Part shown: piece by piece, positions 48,585-56,054 of the stretch
Layout: each line of letters begins with the position of its first letter
Numbering within the stretch: the first letter of the stretch is position 1
NCBI GenBank assembly: GCA_965248265.1
Contig: CBDFJF010000001.1
Coordinates: forward strand, 2,144,001 to 2,208,000
Reading direction: 5' to 3'
From: Candidatus Latescibacterota bacterium
Lineage (GTDB): Bacteria > Latescibacterota > UBA2968 > UBA8231
Length of the DNA stretch: 64,000 nucleotides
Position numbers and translations under genes: made by a program
Notes under the pieces: generated by a model
The model's database searches: none
The model's input: the letters and a program-made list of their open reading frames with translations, nothing else
Told to the model about the DNA's origin: nothing

Positions 48585-49355
48585 CTACTCTCCGCTCTCG
48601 TAGAGATCATCCGGATCAGCTTCCGCCAGCTCCACCAGAAACTCTCCGATCCGATCCCCAAGACCCTGCAGACAGCGTTCACCCTTCTCCGGCGTGGCTG
48701 CGTGCGGATTGCCGATTCCGGTGTCCGCCGTCGCCTGCACCCAGTCGCGTGGCGACCAGGCCATCCCCTCTCTCAGGGCCTCGATCTTGAACTTGCGCTC
48801 TGCGCCGTCCCCCGCCTCTGACAACGGCAGGGCCCAGTCAGGGCGAATATGCTGAATCAGGCTGGTTTCCATTTCATCGGCATGATCACCAGCCTCCTGA
48901 AACAGCGACTGGTCCACCCATTTGTACCAATCCAGCGTGCACATGAACAAGCGGTAGTGCGGCCACAGCTCTCGTAACATCTGACGAAAATCGTTTCCAC
49001 CGTGTCCATTCAGGATCACCAGTTTGGGGATCCTCTGATGCTCGAGCACGTCGACGATGTCGCGCAGAACGGCCAGCTGTGTCGACGGATTCAGATTGAT
49101 ATCCAGCTTGATTTCGATCTGTGAGGTGTTGACGCCGAAGGGCACCGTCGGCAACACCACCACACGCGCCCCTTTGTCCCAGGCCTTGCCGGCCGCGGCC
49201 GCAGCGATCGACTCCGACTCCAGCACGTCGGTCCCGTACGGCAGGTGATAGTTGTGCGCCTCCGTGGCTCCCCAGGGCAGGATGGCCACTTCGTAGTCCG
49301 TCTGCGCGACTGTCTTCCATGTCGTTTCAGCGAGTATGTATGGCCTTCCAGTCAT
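48585..49355 (-). CDS. Creatininase-family amidohydrolase
   Basis: PWGATEAHNYHLPYGTD, LNGHGGN, DHADEMETS, ATPEKG. Confidence 0.92.
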   Translation of the reverse strand: MTGRPYILAETTWKTVAQTDYEVAILPWGATEAHNYHLPYGTDVLESESIAAAAAGKAWDKGARVVVLPTVPFGVNTSQIEIKLDINLNPSTQLAVLRDIVDVLEHQRIPKLVILNGHGGNDFRQMLRELWPHYRLFMCTLDWYKWVDQSLFQEAGDHADEMETSLIQHIRPDWALPLSEAGDGAERKFKIEALREGMAWSPRDWVQATADTGIGNPHAATPEKGERCLQGLGDRIGEFLVELAEADPDDLYESGE

Positions 49356-49486
49356 GACAGATAGAGATCTCCCGATTTGGTGCGAGTGTAGTTAGCATGC
49401 GAACCAGTCGCGCGTCGGTGCAGTTGTTTTTCATACGAAGTAATAATAGTCGCATCAATTGGAGATAACCACCGAAGTCCGCTCCG

Positions 49487-49515
49487 AGTTGCGCTCAGCG
49501 CAGTTGCGCTCAGCG
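49487..49515 (+). repeat. 14-bp tandem duplication in divergent intergenic region
   Basis: AGTTGCGCTCAGCG twice with a 1-bp spacer; contains the hairpin TGCGCT-C-AGCGCA. Confidence 0.7.
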
Positions 49516-49605
49516 ACAGGGACGGCTTTCTTGATTCGATCCGCCTCCACGTCTCGGCCGCGGGTGCCGTATGGGAAATCTTTCAGAAACGAGGTTTTGA
49601 CGACA

Positions 49606-50811
49606 TTGCGCTGGGCATCTGCCATCACGAATGACCTGGATGTGAGGTCCGCTGTGGCCGACCTCAAGGCACAGCTGTCCTCCACGCTGGAAGACGAGCC
49701 TCTGGATCTGGCGCTCGCCTTCGTGAGTCCTCACTACGGTGACAGCTTCGACCTCCTTGCCGAGTTGATCACCTCCCAGATCGGTCCCCGACATTGTATC
49801 GGCTGCACGGCGATGGGCGTCATCGGCGGCGGACGGGAGATCGAGCAACAGCCCGCTCTATCGCTTACCGTGGCCAGACTACCGGATGTGGAGATCGACA
49901 CCTTCCACCTGGAAGCCGATGCCCTCCCCGATCCTGACGTCGGACCCGAGGCCTGGATCGATACGCTCGGAGTCCCGGGCGATCCCGTGCCCCAGTTTCT
50001 TCTGCTGGCAAACCCGATGGGGACAAGCGCTTTCGATCCGAGGCCGCTGTTGATGGGATTGGACTTCGCCTACTCACGGTCGATGGTCGTCGGCGGTCTG
50101 GCCTCGGCTCTGCAGGGCAATACCCTCTTCATCGATGGCGTGGTCGTGCATTCGGGGTGTGTCGGCCTTGCCCTGCGCGGCAACATCAGCGTCGACCCGG
50201 TCGTGGCACAGGGTTGCCGAGCCGTCGGTCAGCCAATGGTGATTACCGGCTGCACCGGACACTACCTGGAGGGATTGGACGATCGCCCCTCGTTTGAGGT
50301 GCTGCTCGAGTTGTTCCAGAATCTTCCGGAGTCCGACCAGGAGTTGATGAAGTCCAACGGCCTCTTCCTCGGCATCGCCTCTACGGCGCTCAAGCAGGAG
50401 CTCAAGCACGGTGACTTTCTGATCCGCAATGTCATCCGGCTGGATTCGTCCAGCGGCATAATCGGGGTCGGCGACATGCTGCGCCCGGGCCAGACGGTCC
50501 AGTTTCACCTGCGTGATGCAGACACGGCCACGGAAGATCTCGAACTCATGCTGCGACAGTACTCTGAGGCCGCCTCGACCCGGGACACGATTGGCGGATC
50601 GCCTGCCGGCGCATTGCTGTTCACCTGCACCGGGCGCGGCGAGCACCTGTTCGAGCGGCCGAACCACGACTCTGACAAGTTCACCGCGGCCATGGGTGAC
50701 ATACCGCTGGGTGGATTCTTCTGTGGAGGTGAGATCGGACCTGTGGGTGGCGCCACCCACCTGCACGGCTACACCTGCTCGTTCGCCATCTTCAGACCCG
50801 CCCACGGTTGA
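49606..50811 (+). CDS. FIST N/C domain signal-sensing protein
   Basis: IGCTAMGVIG..EIE, VVGGLAS, VAQGCR, GDFLIRNV, LFTCTGRG, GFFCGGEIGP. Start uncertain (TTG 49597 or 49606). Confidence 0.9.
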   Translation: MRWASAITNDLDVRSAVADLKAQLSSTLEDEPLDLALAFVSPHYGDSFDLLAELITSQIGPRHCIGCTAMGVIGGGREIEQQPALSLTVARLPDVEIDTFHLEADALPDPDVGPEAWIDTLGVPGDPVPQFLLLANPMGTSAFDPRPLLMGLDFAYSRSMVVGGLASALQGNTLFIDGVVVHSGCVGLALRGNISVDPVVAQGCRAVGQPMVITGCTGHYLEGLDDRPSFEVLLELFQNLPESDQELMKSNGLFLGIASTALKQELKHGDFLIRNVIRLDSSSGIIGVGDMLRPGQTVQFHLRDADTATEDLELMLRQYSEAASTRDTIGGSPAGALLFTCTGRGEHLFERPNHDSDKFTAAMGDIPLGGFFCGGEIGPVGGATHLHGYTCSFAIFRPAHG

Positions 50812-50828
50812 GTCCGCAGGGGCGAACC

Positions 50829-52022
50829 CTACCCACGGGTACTGGCGATGGCCCATCGTCCCAGGGCCGGCAAGCGACCGAGCGCCGTCAGCCCAAGGGT
50901 TCCGGCTATGTCGCTCAGCAGTAGAGCCTGTAGCTGATTCCCAAGTCGTATACGCAGACCGAATTCACGCCGCCATTGCCGTCTGTAGGAGTCCAGCATC
51001 CGGGCGCCAGAGATAGCCCCGTCCAGGTAGCGGTCGGCGAGTGGCGCCGCCAGTTGTGCGGCGCGCAACGCCATCGAAATCCCGTCCCCGCACAGGGGTG
51101 CTATGGCGCCGGCGCTGTCACCGACGCACAATCGCCCGGTGTGCGGTGCAGGGCCGAATTGCAGGTTGGCCACGGCCAGGGCCTGCGACCAATCAGGCTG
51201 CAGCTGCTCCAGCCTGGAGGCGAGACTTGCATTGGCCGCCATCACCTGGTCGGCTAGCCGTTGCGGATCCTTGCCAACCCGGCGCAAGGCTGAGGATTTC
51301 ACCATGGCGCACACGTTCACTCGCTCACCTTCCACGGCAGCCAGGCCGAGATAACCGCCGTCGAAACCGTGTAACTCGACGGTGCTGCCCAGCTGTTCCG
51401 CGCCTTGAGTATGCAGTTTCAACCCCAGCATGCCATCGTCAGTCCCCGTCCCCCGGGACCACCACCTGGAGGCCTTCTCTCGCACGTGTTCACCCTCAGG
51501 AGGATGGCGCAGCAGAGCGCTCTGGCGGCCGCAGGCGTATATGACCAGGCGACATGCCAGCCGTTCACCCGACGCAAGATGGACAGCAGTAGATGCGGGT
51601 ACCGAATCGGTAGAGACTCTCTGGTGCAGGCCGTCGTCGTCGACCCCGGCGACACGGACCCCCTCGCGTACATCGACACCCGCACTCACGCACTGCTTCA
51701 GCAGCTGATAGTCCAACGCCGCCCGAGTGCACCCCACGGCATTCTGCGGCAGGCGCTCCTGCCACACCGCACCGCGTCGGCTGGAGACCAGAACCTGGTC
51801 GATATCGGGGCTGGTTGTCGCCAACCATTCACCCAGACCGAGATCCGCCAGGGCTGCGACGCCCTCGGAGGAAATGAATTCGCCGCAAAGTTTGTCGCGG
51901 GGAAACCTGGCCCGCTCCAGCAGTGTTACCCGCCTGCCTGCCCGCATCAGTTGGATTGCCATCGCAGAGCCAGCCGGACCGGCACCGATGACGACGACAT
52001 CAATGCGTTCGATCCCTTCCAC
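50829..52022 (-). CDS. FAD/NAD(P)-dependent oxidoreductase (geranylgeranyl reductase/FixC-like)
   Basis: DVVVIGAGPAG, FPRDKLCGEFIS, VGDSAGAIAPLCGDGISMAL. Confidence 0.9.
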   Translation of the reverse strand: MEGIERIDVVVIGAGPAGSAMAIQLMRAGRRVTLLERARFPRDKLCGEFISSEGVAALADLGLGEWLATTSPDIDQVLVSSRRGAVWQERLPQNAVGCTRAALDYQLLKQCVSAGVDVREGVRVAGVDDDGLHQRVSTDSVPASTAVHLASGERLACRLVIYACGRQSALLRHPPEGEHVREKASRWWSRGTGTDDGMLGLKLHTQGAEQLGSTVELHGFDGGYLGLAAVEGERVNVCAMVKSSALRRVGKDPQRLADQVMAANASLASRLEQLQPDWSQALAVANLQFGPAPHTGRLCVGDSAGAIAPLCGDGISMALRAAQLAAPLADRYLDGAISGARMLDSYRRQWRREFGLRIRLGNQLQALLLSDIAGTLGLTALGRLPALGRWAIASTRG

Positions 52023-52028
52023 CTTCGT

Positions 52029-52781
52029 TTACGCAGTCTCCGGTGGCAGGCACAGAGCCCAACGAAACCCCCAGCGCCAGCTCAACGACGATGGGCTGGC
52101 GCCTGCGGCACGCGAGAGTTCCTCAAGTTCGTGGCGGCGAAACCCGCGCAGAACGCTCAGCGGCCCGTCATGGCGGACAAACTTGCTGGCCGAGAACAGA
52201 GCCGATCCCAGACGGACGGACCAGTAAGCCAGCGGATGACGATGCAGGTCGTTGACGATTACGCCTACTCTGGCCAGCCCACGGAAGGTTCGCAGAATCA
52301 TGGCCGCTTCTTGGTCATCAAAGTGATGCAGAAACAGAGAGCTGTGAACGATGTCGAAGCTGGCCGGCCGAAACGGCACTCGGAAGACATCTCCGGCCAC
52401 GACGGCCGCTGCGACAACGGCCGGCGTTCCGGGGGGCAAATCCGTGTCGGCGACTCGCCTCAACAGGACCCGAGCACGGGCACAGGTGAAGGTGTTGATG
52501 TCCATGGATACTACCTGAAGAGACCGACCTGCCCGTCTCGACCAACGCTCCATCTCGACAGCGGTATCGGCTCCCCCGGCTCCGACATCCAGCACCGTCA
52601 ACTCCCGGCTCTTTGGTTCCGCGCGCAGCAGCTGCTCGATGCTGAGAATGCTGGCCCTGTGCCCCCCGAGGTGGCGGTTGATGATCTCGAGCTCTCGCAG
52701 AGCGTCATGGAGGACATCCCCGGCGATGTCCGGCTCATCCATGTACTCATGCCCGCGAGCGCGGGCGCCATAGCGGCTCAT
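52029..52781 (-). CDS. Class I SAM-dependent methyltransferase
   Basis: EYMD, INRHLGG, VLDVGAGGAD, SSLFLHHF, NDLHRH, DGPLSVLRGF. Confidence 0.9.
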   Translation of the reverse strand: MSRYGARARGHEYMDEPDIAGDVLHDALRELEIINRHLGGHRASILSIEQLLRAEPKSRELTVLDVGAGGADTAVEMERWSRRAGRSLQVVSMDINTFTCARARVLLRRVADTDLPPGTPAVVAAAVVAGDVFRVPFRPASFDIVHSSLFLHHFDDQEAAMILRTFRGLARVGVIVNDLHRHPLAYWSVRLGSALFSASKFVRHDGPLSVLRGFRRHELEELSRAAGASPSSLSWRWGFRWALCLPPETA

Positions 52782-52782
52782 G

Positions 52783-53880
52783 TCAGCGCGTGAAGCGCAT
52801 GCCCTCGATGCTGAGTCCCGGTCCGAAGCTCAGCGCCGCGCCAGTGCCGCCCTGCTCCATAGCACGCAGCGTACGCTCCAGCACGAACAGAACCGTCGGC
52901 GACGACATGTTCCCGAAGTCACGCAGTACACTTCTTGAACCATCTACCATTGCTGCCGGCAATCGCAGCGCTTCCTGAGCCGCATCCAGAATCGCCGGCC
53001 CACCCGGGTGGATGGCCCAGTGGGGATTCTCCTCCCGCTCTGGCGCCAATAGCTGCTGGGCGAAAGCGGGCAAACTCTTGGCCAGCACCCTCGGCGTGCC
53101 AGAGTCCAGTCCCATGCTGAAGGCGGCGTTGTCGATGCGCCAGGTGAGAAAGTCAGCGCTGTCTTCGAGCACACACGATTCGAAGCCTCGAATGCGTGCA
53201 TGACTCCCGTCGATACAATCCGGATTGGAGCTCAGGATCGCGGCCGCGGCACCATCCGCGAACAGGCAGTTGGCCACCAGATCCTCATCCATGTCCGAGT
53301 TGCGAAAATGCAGGGAACACAACTCAGCACATACCAGCAGTACTCTTGCGGCCGGCTCGCTGCGGCAGAAGGCGTCGGCGACCTGCAGGCCGTGCAGTGC
53401 CGCCTGGCATCCCATGAAGCCGATTTGCAGTCGTCGCAGATCGGTGCGCAAACCGAGCGCCCGTGCCACCTGCTGATCCGGTCCCGGGGCAACAAAACCG
53501 GTACAGGTGGCGAAGACCAGGTGCGTGATCTGTGCGGCGGCCGTTGCCGTTCGCTCCAACGCGGACTCGCAAGCCCGCACGGCCAGCGGTACCACTTCAC
53601 GCTCGTAGCGCTGCATGCGTTCGGCCAGAGTCATGTGTGCCGCCGTTATAGCCGATCCGTCCGCGAACTCTGAACAACAACTGTAGCGGGATTCGATTCC
53701 CGAGCGTCTGTAGAGGTAGTCGATGCGGCGTTCGAGCAGGCGCTTTTGCTGTGGCGATCGCCGTTCGTCACCAGCACCTTCAAGATGAACTCGCTTCATG
53801 AAACGGGCGGCCTCGTCCTGAGCTATGCGGTATCGCGGCACTGCAGTTGCGATTCCCAGCAACAGGGTCTCCGGCTTCAC
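52783..53880 (-). CDS. Type III polyketide synthase (chalcone synthase-like)
   Basis: Cys-His-Asn triad: GFMGC, AIHPGG, FGNMSS; also ELCSLH, LFADGAAA, FGPGL. Confidence 0.95.
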   Translation of the reverse strand: MKPETLLLGIATAVPRYRIAQDEAARFMKRVHLEGAGDERRSPQQKRLLERRIDYLYRRSGIESRYSCCSEFADGSAITAAHMTLAERMQRYEREVVPLAVRACESALERTATAAAQITHLVFATCTGFVAPGPDQQVARALGLRTDLRRLQIGFMGCQAALHGLQVADAFCRSEPAARVLLVCAELCSLHFRNSDMDEDLVANCLFADGAAAAILSSNPDCIDGSHARIRGFESCVLEDSADFLTWRIDNAAFSMGLDSGTPRVLAKSLPAFAQQLLAPEREENPHWAIHPGGPAILDAAQEALRLPAAMVDGSRSVLRDFGNMSSPTVLFVLERTLRAMEQGGTGAALSFGPGLSIEGMRFTR

Positions 53881-55265
53881 TGCTCGACCCCGATCCTTGT
53901 CTGTTTGCGTCGATCGAGCTCGGCTCCAATAGCAGGCAACATCCGGCGCAACTGACGTCGCACCACCACGGCTGCGATGAAAGACGGAACGAAAGCAGGT
54001 GGTTCGATGGCGGCGGCGTAGTCAACACGGGTCCCGCCGCGATCTGAGCTGAAATCCCAGGTACCGGAGAATCGGTCCACCGCCCCCTCGACCATGTGGA
54101 AGTGCAGTCGTTGCGGCAGCTGCTCCAGGAACTCCAGGGTCACGGCGAAACGAATCGGCACGACGAAGCGGCTGTTTACGCCTTGGCGCACCCTCGCAAC
54201 GCTGTCGCTGCGCGCCAGCACCACACTGCTCTCCACATTGGGCATGAAAGCGCTCAGACTTTCGTAGTCCGTCATCAACGCCCAGACCTCTCCGGGCGAG
54301 CAATCAAGCCACAGCGACGCCTGCACCGACACCACTCCGTCCTCCTGCGTCACCTTGAGCTCCGGTTCGGTGTGGGGTTGGTCCTGACTCGCCCCGGCGT
54401 ACTGGGCCAGGATAAGCAGCCAGAACACGGCGGCCATCAACGCACTCAGGCGAAACGACCAGTTGCCGTTTTCGTACACAGTGCGCTTGCCGAACCCGCG
54501 CTGCCATGATCTGAGGAGAACCAGGAAAGCGACCAGGAAAGCTGCCATGCCCGTTCCCCAGACCACTTCCACCCGTCCCGTCGCAATCGACAGCGCCAGA
54601 GCGAGGAGGCCGCAGGCAGTGAAGATGAAAGCGAGGCGGAAAACCGTGGCCGTGCCGAAACGCACCGCGAAGGTGATGTCGCCGCGCGCTCGATCCTCGT
54701 CTTGCTGGTACACCTGGGTCAGCGGATAAAGCGCCGTGATCACGGAGACACTGATCAGCCCCAGGGCAACCCGCTCCACCGAATTTAAATCGGGGCGCCA
54801 CCCCCCTCCTGCCATAACCCCCATGAAGAACGGCAGCAGCCCCTGCCCACAGGCCACGAGGACGAGCCCGAAAAGGGCGCGCGCCTTCCACCGCCAACGC
54901 GGGTGCGAGTACCCGACTCCCATCAGCAACATCACGAAGCCGAGCAGTCCCAGCTTCAGGTCCACGAAAAAACCCATGACCAGAACGGCAGCGCACTGCA
55001 AGCCGAGACCACCCCACAATTCCATTTGGCTTACCGCCGGCGGGTGTAGCAGGCCTCCCACCGGGCCCTCGTCGCGATCGTAGTAGCTGTTGTAGGCGGT
55101 AGCGCCGCCGTACAGCCCCACGTGCAACAGCAGGAATACCAGCACGAAGTGGCCATCCGGCTGTGCACCGGATGCCCAGTACCCGAGCAGGAAGACCGGG
55201 GCGAGCACCAACTGAAAGTGCAATCGCAGATGTTTGAGGAAGTCGAGCACGGAGCCGCGTCGCAA
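53877..55265 (-). CDS. UbiA-family prenyltransferase fused to a C-terminal SRPBCC/START (polyketide cyclase/Coq10-like) domain
   Basis: About 9 TM helices with YNSYYDRDEG, YSHP and TQVYQQDEDRARGD, then without a stop PGEVWALMTDYESLSAFMPNV..EGAVDRFSGTW..TRVDY. Confidence 0.88.
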   Translation of the reverse strand: MRRGSVLDFLKHLRLHFQLVLAPVFLLGYWASGAQPDGHFVLVFLLLHVGLYGGATAYNSYYDRDEGPVGGLLHPPAVSQMELWGGLGLQCAAVLVMGFFVDLKLGLLGFVMLLMGVGYSHPRWRWKARALFGLVLVACGQGLLPFFMGVMAGGGWRPDLNSVERVALGLISVSVITALYPLTQVYQQDEDRARGDITFAVRFGTATVFRLAFIFTACGLLALALSIATGRVEVVWGTGMAAFLVAFLVLLRSWQRGFGKRTVYENGNWSFRLSALMAAVFWLLILAQYAGASQDQPHTEPELKVTQEDGVVSVQASLWLDCSPGEVWALMTDYESLSAFMPNVESSVVLARSDSVARVRQGVNSRFVVPIRFAVTLEFLEQLPQRLHFHMVEGAVDRFSGTWDFSSDRGGTRVDYAAAIEPPAFVPSFIAAVVVRRQLRRMLPAIGAELDRRKQTRIGVEQ

Positions 55266-55267
55266 GG

Positions 55268-55870
55268 CTACGGGGTGTTGTATGCCGCGCCGAATTCGGC
55301 ACGGTGCAGGACATGGTACTCCGCGCCCGCCGGCGTCAGGTCGCTGTGCAACAGCGTCATTCCCGTTATTTGAAAGCGTTGCTCGGGTACCCTGGGTGGG
55401 CCGTTTTCGCCGAAACGGCCGCGTTGTCCACGACCGCGGACTCGCGCCAGCGTGATATGCGGCTTGAACACTTGCCGCTGGCGTTGCCAGCCCAACCGCC
55501 GGGCCAAACGCTCCACCTGTTTTTGCAGCGGCAGCAGCACCTGATCGTCTCCCTCTTCGCCCACACTGACCCAGATGGCCTGACCCCTGCGCAGTGTCGG
55601 AAATCCTCCGAGCTCTCCGGGGACCGCATCGAATGAAGCCTGCTGTTGGGCGATTCCGTCCATTCCGGAGATCAGCTCGGTCACGTTTCCCTGTTGGGTG
55701 TCACCCAGAAAACGCAGGGTCAAATGGAGGTTGTCTGCCTTCACCCATCGTAGAGCTCCTTCCGGCCAGAACGGCTGCAACTGTCTAGCCCAGTCCGACA
55801 GCTGCACTCGAACCGTTGTCGGCAGCTCGAGAGCGATGAATGTGCGGATCGTTTCCGGATCCTTATCGAT
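55268..55870 (-). CDS. thpR: RNA 2',3'-cyclic phosphodiesterase (2H family); start codon non-canonical or uncertain
   Basis: RTFIALEL, LHLTLRFLG, FKPHITLAR, SDLTPAGAEY. The frame is open to about 55900 but has no ATG/GTG/TTG before RTFIAL. Confidence 0.85.
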   Translation of the reverse strand: MDKDPETIRTFIALELPTTVRVQLSDWARQLQPFWPEGALRWVKADNLHLTLRFLGDTQQGNVTELISGMDGIAQQQASFDAVPGELGGFPTLRRGQAIWVSVGEEGDDQVLLPLQKQVERLARRLGWQRQRQVFKPHITLARVRGRGQRGRFGENGPPRVPEQRFQITGMTLLHSDLTPAGAEYHVLHRAEFGAAYNTP

Positions 55871-56054
55871 AATAGTACCTCGTGCAACGATATTCTTGCG
55901 TCAGCCTATATCATTGTGGACGCGTTGGTTCAATAAGTAGGACGGACTCAGGATTAGGGTCAATCGCGTTAGCTCCATTCTGCTTGCTCCGGTCACACCC
56001 CCCAACTACATTGAAAGATTCTCCCAGCCGTTAATCCCGAATAGATACCTATCT

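Noticed and set aside
49440-49600. 6S-like or riboswitch RNA around the tandem repeat
   Set aside because: No extended rod-like pairing or known consensus visible; only a 14-bp duplication is supported.
51405-52793. 462-aa plus-strand ORF
   Set aside because: Antisense shadow of the methyltransferase and oxidoreductase genes.
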